Origin: a virus
Taxonomy: Duplodnaviria > Heunggongvirae > Uroviricota > Caudoviricetes
DNA length: 9,616 bases
IMG/VR virus record: IMGVR_UViG_2778261570_000015
Reading direction: 5' to 3' (one strand)
The notes beneath the pieces are model-generated. The model searched no databases. It saw only the letters and a program-made list of their open reading frames with translations, and was not told the origin of the DNA. Positions within the stretch are counted from its first letter, which is position 1. Every line of letters starts with the position of its first letter. A program made the position numbers and the translations under genes. Positions 1-6,658 of the stretch are shown here, in pieces.

Positions 1-294
<294 letters not shown>

Positions 295-600
295 CCGTCC
301 AGAAGAAGATATTTTCACTGGCTGGTATGTCGCCAAAATCCAGCAATATGACAGCAAAGTCTGGCATTAATACAGCAGATACAAGCAAAGTTTATCATTT
401 TCTGGTGGTAGGAGCGGATGCCTTAACTATGTCAGAAATTACGGTCGATGGTGTTAGCGTTGAGAAGGTCGGCGGCTGCGCCAGAGAATTTCTGGTCGTA
501 GATGGCTTTCTCTGCTCGCGTAGTGACTCCACAAAAACCTTCGTCCACACGCGCGACGTTAACGAAATGAGCGCGATGTATTGTGCATCTGGTGCTTCCA

Positions 601-628
601 ATAGTGAGTTTTCGGAGTCCATAAAAAA
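601..628 (+). repeat. Direct repeat copy 1 (AGTTTT-NN-GAGTCCATAAAAAA); partner at 6481-6504
   Basis: 14-nt exact match GAGTCCATAAAAAA at 615-628 and 6491-6504, extended to 20/22 identity by AGTTTT at 607-612 and 6483-6488. Confidence 0.6.
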
Positions 629-725
629 GAGCTTGCCGTTATGCGGCAACACGGTTTATGGTTATAAGGCACCTCATAAAACGGGTGCCGGGTTTCGCAG
701 CCCGGAAATGTACGAGGCGACACAT

Positions 726-747
726 GACGCGCCGAGCGTCTTTTTTT
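726..747 (+). terminator. Weak intrinsic terminator candidate (5-bp GC-rich stem, 5-nt loop, T7 tract)
   Basis: GACGC (726-730) pairs with GCGTC (736-740), followed by TTTTTTT (741-747). Short stem, so marginal. Confidence 0.35.
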
Positions 748-754
748 GTGCCGT

Positions 755-800
755 TAGCCAGACTCACACTTTTTTCAGTGATGCGGTTATAATCCGCGTC
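755..800 (+). promoter_or_regulatory. Sigma70-type promoter candidate for the primase operon; -10 TATAAT at 788-793 flanked by a GCGG/CCGC inverted repeat
   Basis: Perfect TATAAT hexamer at 788-793; the -35 region is poor (CACACT-like). GCGG (783-786) and CCGC (794-797) embrace the -10, an operator-like arrangement. First SD-bearing start codon downstream is at 950. Confidence 0.35.
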
Positions 801-949
801 GCTTGCAAAATTATGGTGGGCTGGACAGGGCAGCCGAAAGGCTGGCCGGTTTCCTTGTACGCCGGTACTGCGAACTCTGTTCAGTCCACCACCAGCGAGT
901 TTCGCAGCTCCGGTGGTGGGAAGAATTCCCAGTACAAGGAGGCTGCCAC

Positions 950-1144
950 ATGCTGGCTACTACCCCTACCCAAAAACCGCAATTTATCTGGATTATCGCC
1001 GCAGTTCGCCGCGATTGCCCGACAATTACCGCCAAAATTCATCATATTGCTGCCGAGTCTGAACGCGATGCTCGCCGTTCTCTGGTGCGCGATCACATCT
1101 GCTTTTTTGCTGGTCGTATCCGCATGGAGGTGGCACATGATTAA
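950..1144 (+). CDS. Hypothetical small protein, 64 aa (first gene of primase operon)
   Basis: ATG 950 preceded by AAGGAGG (936-942, spacing 7). Codons in this frame are enterobacterial-preferred (CGC/CGT, CTG, ACC, ATC); the alternative long frame here has CTA/TTA/AGG/ATA and about 6% Trp. Stop overlaps the next start. Confidence 0.55.
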   Translation: MLATTPTQKPQFIWIIAAVRRDCPTITAKIHHIAAESERDARRSLVRDHICFFAGRIRMEVAHD

Positions 1145-1355
1145 AACCTACGATGTGCATATGGATCCCCTCGAACGCACAAGCCAGATCATCACACTGA
1201 CAGAAGTGATTAACGACATTCTGGTGAGCAACTCTCCCTCACGAGACGAAAGACTGAAGGCGTTACTCGCGATATTGGATCTCGCCGTTCGTGACGTTCA
1301 TTTCCTGCTGGAAGGTGGACAAATGCCATGCAAAACGGGGGCAACCAATGAATAA
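1137..1355 (+). CDS. Hypothetical small protein, 72 aa
   Basis: ATG 1137 preceded by GGAGG (1126-1130); overlaps the previous stop (ATGATTAA). Same frame as the 288-1355 track ORF, of which it is probably the only real part. Confidence 0.55.
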   Translation: MIKTYDVHMDPLERTSQIITLTEVINDILVSNSPSRDERLKALLAILDLAVRDVHFLLEGGQMPCKTGATNE

Positions 1356-1542
1356 CTCAATTAATACCCCTCGCCTTACGTCCGCACTTCAATTAATCGA
1401 GCAAGCAGCGGCTGTCCTGGTTGCTGTCAGTCTTTCGGCTGAAGAAATGGACGCTGCTGATGTCGTGGATGCGATTAAAGCGTGCTCATCTTTGGTTAAC
1501 GATGCCCGTGCCGAGCTGGTAATTCTTGGGGGTGAAAAATGA
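1348..1542 (+). CDS. Hypothetical small protein, 64 aa (MNNSINTPRL...)
   Basis: ATG 1348 overlaps the previous stop at 1353-1355; GGGGG at 1336-1340 serves as SD. The track ORF 1291-1542 starts from an earlier in-frame ATG without an SD. Confidence 0.5.
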   Translation: MNNSINTPRLTSALQLIEQAAAVLVAVSLSAEEMDAADVVDAIKACSSLVNDARAELVILGGEK

Positions 1543-1802
1543 ATATCAACTTAATTTATCGTCATCCGTGTGAGCTGGAAATTGAATCATTGCTGGGGCG
1601 CGAAGAGCCATATCCAGACACATTCACTCCCGCAGATTGCGCGACTGAACGGCTTACCAGAGCGCGCACAGGTCTGGTTCATGTGATGAATGAGATTGTT
1701 CCCTCGGTGGGAGGGGAACAGGCGACAGTAATCAATAGCTGGCTACAAAAAGTTACCTCCCTGATAGATATCGGTTTAATCGATGTGGAGAGTGCGAAAT
1801 GA
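1539..1802 (+). CDS. Hypothetical small protein, 87 aa
   Basis: ATG 1539 overlaps the previous stop (ATGA); GGGGGTG upstream. Track ORF. Confidence 0.6.
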   Translation: MNINLIYRHPCELEIESLLGREEPYPDTFTPADCATERLTRARTGLVHVMNEIVPSVGGEQATVINSWLQKVTSLIDIGLIDVESAK

Positions 1803-2020
1803 CCAACATCCAGCTCATTGAAGCGCAATGTCGCATCGAACAGGTTCAGACTGTTTTAGGGTTCTGGCTTGAAGGGGCCAGCCCCAGCAACAGAGACAAG
1901 TTAATGATTGGCGCGGTTATGTCACTGCTCAATGGCGTACCAGAAGCTATTCAGGAAGCGGACGAATTGTTGGGCAAATATGAGTTACAGAATCATTCAG
2001 GCGAGGCGAAACATGAATAA
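1799..2020 (+). CDS. Hypothetical small protein, 73 aa
   Basis: ATG 1799 overlaps the previous stop (ATGA); GGAGAG upstream. Track ORF. Confidence 0.6.
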   Translation: MTNIQLIEAQCRIEQVQTVLGFWLEGASPSNRDKLMIGAVMSLLNGVPEAIQEADELLGKYELQNHSGEAKHE

Positions 2021-2615
2021 TTTCTTAACTTTCCATGCAGAAGCAACGCCTGACGGCGTAAACATCATGTACCGCAGCAACGATGGCATGACAGAACGCG
2101 TTGAGACCGTCTCATATATTGATGCCGTAAATCGTCTGGATGCCGGGGATTATGACGATAAACCAGATGAAGGCATGTTTATACATCTCGCTATTGCCAG
2201 TGGCGGCAACCAGGGATATTTCGATTACACATCACAGCATCACGTGATTATGTGGCGCTGGCTGATAGCAACAGCATTCATGCTGGAAATGAGAGAGGAA
2301 AACGGCACTGTCAGCATCATTGATGATACTGGCAATCCTTCCGAAGTGGCTGTTTATTCCAACGACATCGTCGCCATGCCGCTGTATCCAGTAGCAGAGC
2401 GCCTCGCTATGGCAAACAACATTGAGGGCGCGATGATAGAACGTTTTGGCATCGAGTCTGGCACAGAACGCGCCATCATTTTCTACAGAGCCATGATGGA
2501 TGTGGAACAAGGAGCACTGACTCCATTTGGTCGTGAAACGCTTGCTGAACTTCACAACAGCTTTATAGCTGAACTGAATGAAAACGGCATGCCAGCGGAA
2601 CCAGTGACGCACTGA
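2013..2615 (+). CDS. Hypothetical protein, 200 aa (MNNFLTFHAE...)
   Basis: ATG 2013 overlaps the previous stop at 2018-2020 with GAGG upstream. The track ORF 1908-2615 begins at an earlier ATG inside the preceding gene; the coupled start at 2013 is more plausible. Confidence 0.6.
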   Translation: MNNFLTFHAEATPDGVNIMYRSNDGMTERVETVSYIDAVNRLDAGDYDDKPDEGMFIHLAIASGGNQGYFDYTSQHHVIMWRWLIATAFMLEMREENGTVSIIDDTGNPSEVAVYSNDIVAMPLYPVAERLAMANNIEGAMIERFGIESGTERAIIFYRAMMDVEQGALTPFGRETLAELHNSFIAELNENGMPAEPVTH

Positions 2616-2625
2616 GGATGGAGCC

Positions 2626-2967
2626 ATGATTACTAAAAATTTCCGACTGAATGCGCTGGCAAATAAGTATGCGTCAGCACTGTATAACCACATTACCTCC
2701 ACCAGCGGCGGGGACTATTTCATGATTGATGCGGACGGAGAGGCCGTCCGTGTGGAAATCGTCAATGGAGTAAAAGGCGTTCGCAGCCTGATCGATAGTT
2801 ACGCACTGGCAGCCATGAAAGTGTTCTACCCGCAGTGGGAAACCGTGGGGATCGAGCTTCTTGATCGTTGCGTCACTAAGGACAGATTGACTGACGTCGG
2901 GCGTGAGATATGGCAAAGCATGGTTAATGACATGGGCGCAACTGTAGCGGGAGGTTCTCATGCGTGA
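2626..2967 (+). CDS. Hypothetical protein, 113 aa
   Basis: ATG 2626 with GAGGATGGAG upstream; 10-nt gap after the previous stop. Track ORF. Confidence 0.65.
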   Translation: MITKNFRLNALANKYASALYNHITSTSGGDYFMIDADGEAVRVEIVNGVKGVRSLIDSYALAAMKVFYPQWETVGIELLDRCVTKDRLTDVGREIWQSMVNDMGATVAGGSHA

Positions 2968-3331
2968 AAATGTAGAAATGGCGCTTAGCTCCGCAATCGG
3001 AGAGCAGGTGGCAAAGATTGCTGGTGCTGTGTGGATTCATAACCTTCATTCTACTGGTGAAGAGAAAATGGCAATTCAGACGCCAGAGGGACGCACCATT
3101 ACTACATCTCTGAAGCCGTCAGATGTTTGTGATCTGATTTGCGCATTCATGTACCCAGCAATGAGGACTGTCCACGGCGATAAGTGGAAACTTGCGACAA
3201 CCGCTGAATTTGATATGTGGCTAAACAATGATGGCATGCTGACTGATTACGGAATAACCAAGTGGCAGATGCTAGTTAGCCATATCGCAAACGCTATAGA
3301 CCACGTGGGGTACGGTGATGCGAAACATTGA
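2960..3331 (+). CDS. Hypothetical protein, 123 aa
   Basis: ATG 2960 overlaps the previous stop; GGGAGG upstream. Track ORF. Its 3' end overlaps the primase start by 14 nt. Confidence 0.65.
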   Translation: MRENVEMALSSAIGEQVAKIAGAVWIHNLHSTGEEKMAIQTPEGRTITTSLKPSDVCDLICAFMYPAMRTVHGDKWKLATTAEFDMWLNNDGMLTDYGITKWQMLVSHIANAIDHVGYGDAKH

Positions 3332-6074
3332 TCTTATCCGTCAGGTTATCAGTGCGTCTGAAAACAACTGGCCTCATGTGCTGGGCTGCCTGAACATAAA
3401 TGTCCCTGACTCTCCGCGCCGTCATGCTCCCTGCCCTGCATGTGGGGGCAAAGATCGATTCCGGTTCGATGACAACGGGCGCGGTAGCTTCATCTGTAAT
3501 CAGTGCGGCGCTGGTGATGGGCTGGATTTAATTAAACGCGTAAATAACTGCGACACAACAGAGGCGGCGCTTCTTGCCGCTGATGTTCTGGGTATTGATT
3601 ACCGGACAACGGAAACACCAGAAGCCACCAGCCAGAAACGGGAACAACTGGAAACCGAGCGCCAGCGACGCGAACAGGAGCGCCTGAAAAGGGCAGAGAA
3701 GGACGAACAACAAAGACGGGATACGTTTTCCCGTCAGTTTGATGACATGCGCAGAAAGGCTGTAAACGGCAAATCTGATTATCTGGTTGCGAAAGGGGTA
3801 GGTGATTTTACATTCCCCGTGTTGCCCGATGGATCTCTGTTGCTGGCGCTGGTGGATAAATCCGGCGCAGTAACAGCAGCACAGACTATTACCTCACATG
3901 GTGAAAAAAGACTCCTGACAGGTTCAGCAAAGCGAGGGGCATATCACGCCATAAACGCACCAGAAACAACACAGAGCATCTTAATCGCAGAAGGGCTGGC
4001 AACGGCATTATCTGCCCATTTAATGCGTCCAGAGGCGCTGACAGTGGCGGCGATTGATGCCGGGAACCTGTTATATGTCGCCCAGGTACTGCGGGATAAA
4101 TTTCCTTCAGCACAAATCATCATTGCTGCGGATAACGACCACAGCGAAGGAAGACAAAACACGGGGAGAATAGCAGCAGAAAAAGCAGCTTTATCTGTTT
4201 CTGGATGGGTGGCATTACCCCCGACAGATCACAAAGCAGACTGGAATGATTACCACCAAAAACACGGTATTAAATGCGCCACAGAAGCGTTCAATAAGTC
4301 AATGTACCAACCACAGGGTAATGGCGTGAAACAGGAGCCACAGACCATTGAGGGAAGCGATTTTAAGGTTATGGATACCGATCCACTGAAACCAAGAATA
4401 GAAAGCCGCGAGGATGGTATTTATTGGGTATCTCCGAGAGCTGACAGCCAGAGTGGAGAAATCATCAATAACGAAAGCTGGTTATGTTCTCCGTTAAGCG
4501 TTATCGGTACTGGCAGAGACGATAAAGACCAGTATCTCATTCTTCGCTGGCTGTCGTTTGGTTCTGAAACGCCGACAACCGCTGCCATTCCACTGGCTGA
4601 TATTGGTGAACGTGAAGGATGGCGCACACTTAAAGCTGGTGGGGTAAATGTCACGACCAAAAGCAGCCTCAGAGCAATACTGGCAGACTGGCTACAACGC
4701 AGTGGCTCTCGTGAATTGTGGCGTGTTGCTCATGCCACTGGCTGGCAATGCGGAGCGTACATCATGCCTGATGGGGAAATCATCGGAACACCTGAAAATC
4801 CTGTGCTGTTCAGCGGGAGAAGCTCAGCCGCAGCCGGATATACCGTCTCAGGGAGCGCGAAAAGCTGGCGTGATAACGTGGCGCGTCTGGCCTTTGGTAA
4901 CTATTCAATGATGACCGGGATCGGCGCAGCACTGGCAGCGCCATTGATTGGGCTGGTGGGCGCTGACGGGTTCGGCATTCATTTCTATGAGCAGTCGAGC
5001 GCAGGTAAGACCACCACGGCAAACGTGGCGAGCAGCTTATACGGCAACCCTGATTTACTGCGGCTGACGTGGTACGGAACCGCGCTGGGGCTGGCAAATG
5101 AGGCCGCCGCCCACAATGACGGACTAATGCCGCTTGATGAAGTTGGTCAGGGCGCTGATCCTGTCAGCGTTTCACAGTCTGCCTATGCGTTATTTAACGG
5201 TGTAGGGAAACTGCAAGGCGCTAAAGATGGTGGAAACCGGGATCTAAAACGCTGGCGTACAGTGGCAATCAGCACCGGAGAAATGGATTTAGAAACATTT
5301 ATCGCTACTTCCGGGCGAAAAACCAAAGCCGGGCAACTGGTGCGACTGCTGAATATTCCGTTGAGTAAAGCAGTACGCTTTCACGATTACCAGAACGGAA
5401 AACAGCACGCAGACGCACTGAAAGACGCTTACCAGCATCACCACGGCGCGTCCGGGCGTGAGTGGATTAAATGGCTGGCAGACCACCAGCAACAGGCTAT
5501 TAAAACCGTTCGTGACTGCGAAAGCAGATGGAGAAGCCTGATCCCATCCGATTATGGTGAGCAGGTTCACCGTGTAGCCGCGCGATTTGCCATTCTGGAG
5601 GCCGCATTGTTGTTAGGCGAGGTTGTAACAGGCTGGGATGCTCAGACATGCCGTGATGCGATACAGCACAGCTATAACGCATGGTTGCGCGAGTTCGGCA
5701 CAGGTAACAAAGAGCATCAGCAGATTATTGAACAAACGGAGGCATTTCTTAATGCCTATGGGCTTAGCCGTTTTGCACCATTTCCATACAGCCCGGCAGA
5801 TTTGCCCATCAAAGATTTAGCCGGATACCGTCAGCGTGGAGAACATGACGAAAGCCCAATGATTTTCTACACATTCCCGGCCACATTTGAAAAGGAGATC
5901 GCATGTGGTTTCAACGCAAAACAGTTTGCTGAAGTGTTGAAAAAAGCCGGGATGCTAACCCCACCAAACAGCGGTCGTGGATACCAAAGAAAATCACCAC
6001 GTATTCAGGGACGACAAATAAACGTTTATGTACTCAATTACCAGCCAGGAGATTATAACTCATCTGAAGAATGA
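3318..6074 (+). CDS. DNA primase-helicase (replication initiator), about 918 aa: N-terminal zinc ribbon, TOPRIM primase core, P-loop NTPase domain (phage P4 alpha-like / DUF927-like architecture)
   Basis: Zinc ribbon CPACGGKDRFRFDD...CNQCG (about 3420-3524). TOPRIM signatures IAEG and AADNDHSEGR (about 3972-4244). Walker A-like SSAGKTT and Walker B-like LMPLDEVGQ (about 4980-5150). Start ATG 3318 (GGGG at 3307-3310); the track's GTG 3315 is too close to the SD. Confidence 0.9.
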   Translation: MRNIDLIRQVISASENNWPHVLGCLNINVPDSPRRHAPCPACGGKDRFRFDDNGRGSFICNQCGAGDGLDLIKRVNNCDTTEAALLAADVLGIDYRTTETPEATSQKREQLETERQRREQERLKRAEKDEQQRRDTFSRQFDDMRRKAVNGKSDYLVAKGVGDFTFPVLPDGSLLLALVDKSGAVTAAQTITSHGEKRLLTGSAKRGAYHAINAPETTQSILIAEGLATALSAHLMRPEALTVAAIDAGNLLYVAQVLRDKFPSAQIIIAADNDHSEGRQNTGRIAAEKAALSVSGWVALPPTDHKADWNDYHQKHGIKCATEAFNKSMYQPQGNGVKQEPQTIEGSDFKVMDTDPLKPRIESREDGIYWVSPRADSQSGEIINNESWLCSPLSVIGTGRDDKDQYLILRWLSFGSETPTTAAIPLADIGEREGWRTLKAGGVNVTTKSSLRAILADWLQRSGSRELWRVAHATGWQCGAYIMPDGEIIGTPENPVLFSGRSSAAAGYTVSGSAKSWRDNVARLAFGNYSMMTGIGAALAAPLIGLVGADGFGIHFYEQSSAGKTTTANVASSLYGNPDLLRLTWYGTALGLANEAAAHNDGLMPLDEVGQGADPVSVSQSAYALFNGVGKLQGAKDGGNRDLKRWRTVAISTGEMDLETFIATSGRKTKAGQLVRLLNIPLSKAVRFHDYQNGKQHADALKDAYQHHHGASGREWIKWLADHQQQAIKTVRDCESRWRSLIPSDYGEQVHRVAARFAILEAALLLGEVVTGWDAQTCRDAIQHSYNAWLREFGTGNKEHQQIIEQTEAFLNAYGLSRFAPFPYSPADLPIKDLAGYRQRGEHDESPMIFYTFPATFEKEIACGFNAKQFAEVLKKAGMLTPPNSGRGYQRKSPRIQGRQINVYVLNYQPGDYNSSEE

Positions 6075-6097
6075 GCTTCTTCATGTGCGTAGAAAAG

Positions 6098-6126
6098 GTG
6101 TTGGTTCAGTTGGTTCAGTTGGTTCA
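6098..6126 (+). repeat. Three tandem direct iterons GTTGGTTCA (first copy extended to GTGTTGGTTCA)
   Basis: Copies at 6098-6108, 6109-6117 and 6118-6126, read directly from the sequence. Confidence 0.7.
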
Positions 6127-6168
6127 ATTTGTAAAGAGTATTGTTTTATAAGGATTTTATTCTTTTTA

Positions 6169-6212
6169 TTGAACCAACACTGAACCAACAACACGGTATT
6201 TTGAACCAACAC
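6169..6212 (+). repeat. Three inverted-orientation iterons TGAACCAAC(AC), reverse complement of the upstream iterons
   Basis: Copies at 6169-6180, 6180-6191 and 6201-6212; centre spacing about 11 and 20-21 bp, roughly one and two helical turns. Confidence 0.7.
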
Positions 6213-6260
6213 AATGTGACTGAATTGATGCGCACAACACCTGGCTGGCATCAGAGAGTG

Positions 6261-6281
6261 TTTTACGAGACTTTCGTAAAA
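6261..6281 (+). promoter_or_regulatory. Palindromic operator-like site O1: TTTTACGA-N5-TCGTAAAA (core TACGA-N5-TCGTA)
   Basis: 8-bp perfect inverted arms at 6261-6268 and 6274-6281. Confidence 0.45.
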
Positions 6282-6318
6282 TCCTGTGTACAAGGGCGTG
6301 ACGTTTTTGAAAGTGAGC

Positions 6319-6337
6319 ACTACGAAATTTTCGTAGT
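6319..6337 (+). promoter_or_regulatory. Palindromic operator-like site O2: ACTACGAAA-T-TTTCGTAGT (core TACGA-N5-TCGTA)
   Basis: 9-bp perfect inverted arms at 6319-6327 and 6329-6337; same core and spacing as O1, 57 bp downstream. Confidence 0.45.
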
Positions 6338-6480
6338 TCAGAAAACAGCCTCTGAGAAGTTGTTATGCCTGTTCAGCAAACCATCCGCATAGCTGATCGC
6401 GAATCAAATTACCAATGGAGCCAGAAGCAAGGGCAGAACTGAAAAGCGCCTGCCGTGAAGAGTAATGCGACACCATAAAT

Positions 6481-6504
6481 ATAGTTTTTAGAGTCCATAA
6501 AAAA
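6481..6504 (+). repeat. Direct repeat copy 2 (AGTTTT-NN-GAGTCCATAAAAAA)
   Basis: See copy 1; lies 27 bp upstream of the 6531-6564 terminator. Confidence 0.6.
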
Positions 6505-6530
6505 CCTGTCAAAACCTGACACACAGAACG

Positions 6531-6564
6531 ATGCCACCAGCTACTGAGCGGTGGCATTTTTTTG
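6531..6564 (+). terminator. Rho-independent terminator, + strand
   Basis: ATGCCACC (6531-6538) pairs with GGTGGCAT (6550-6557), 11-nt loop, then TTTTTTT (6558-6564). No T-tract on the opposite strand, so unidirectional. Confidence 0.65.
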
Positions 6565-6584
6565 TGCTATTTGTTTCATATTTT

Positions 6585-6632
6585 GCAATTACGATGATGA
6601 ATATTGCGATTTGTGAAACTATAATAACTGTT
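6585..6632 (+). promoter_or_regulatory. Promoter candidate for the downstream operon; -10 TATAAT at 6620-6625
   Basis: Perfect TATAAT 34 bp upstream of the SD of the 6659 ORF; weak -35 (ATGAAT, 17-bp spacer); AT-rich upstream region. Confidence 0.4.
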
Positions 6633-6658
6633 GTTTTATACAGTTCTAAGGGGGCGTT

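Larger units (their letters stand above)
6098..6212 (+). other. Candidate origin of replication: oppositely oriented iteron arrays flanking a 41-bp, roughly 85% AT spacer
   Basis: AT-rich spacer 6127-6168 between the two arrays, starting 24 bp after the primase stop. Initiator-site/unwinding-element layout typical of phage, satellite and plasmid origins. Confidence 0.5.

Noticed and set aside
395-652. Minus-strand 85-aa ORF (also the 91-357 minus-strand ORF)
   Set aside because: GTG start without SD; Ser/Thr/Leu/Pro-rich translation typical of an off-frame; antisense to the only consistently open + frame.
803-1144. 113-aa ORF with TTG start at 803
   Set aside because: No SD at the TTG; the in-frame ATG at 950 with a perfect AAGGAGG is the credible start, so the 5' extension would be untranslated leader.
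2232-2702. 156-aa antisense ORF inside the 200-aa gene (and 2674-2961 minus)
   Set aside because: Fully overlaps well-supported + strand coupled genes; Cys/Trp/His-rich odd composition; no SD evident.
3528-5820. Several 60-95-aa ORFs inside the primase gene, on the minus strand and in alternative + frames
   Set aside because: All nested within a long ORF bearing clear primase motifs; none has a recognisable motif or ribosome-binding site.
6065-6083. 7-bp stem hairpin (TGAAGAA/TTCTTCA) overlapping the primase stop codon, considered as a terminator
   Set aside because: No downstream T-tract; more likely incidental or an mRNA 3' stability element. The real terminator is at 6531-6564.
6098-6212. 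Short tandem repeats considered as a CRISPR array
   Set aside because: Units are only 9-11 bp, contiguous, and present in both orientations with no spacers; this is iteron/origin architecture.
950-6212. Assignment of the element as a bona fide P4 satellite (P4 alpha, epsilon, orf88, orf199)
   Set aside because: Gene sizes (87-88 aa and 200 aa ORFs upstream of a Zn-ribbon/TOPRIM primase with a downstream iteron origin) are suggestive, but the iteron differs from the P4 octamer, no sid/delta/psu/int is in view, and I cannot verify sequence identity without a search. Left as P4-alpha-like architecture only.
6141-6392. 83-aa + ORF spanning the origin spacer and both operators (plus minus-strand ORFs 6081-6320 and 6363-6557)
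   Set aside because: Starts at TTG inside the AT-rich spacer with no SD. Its only repeated peptide features (FYETF, HYEIF) are by-products of the palindromic DNA, so the repeats are more likely DNA-level signals.
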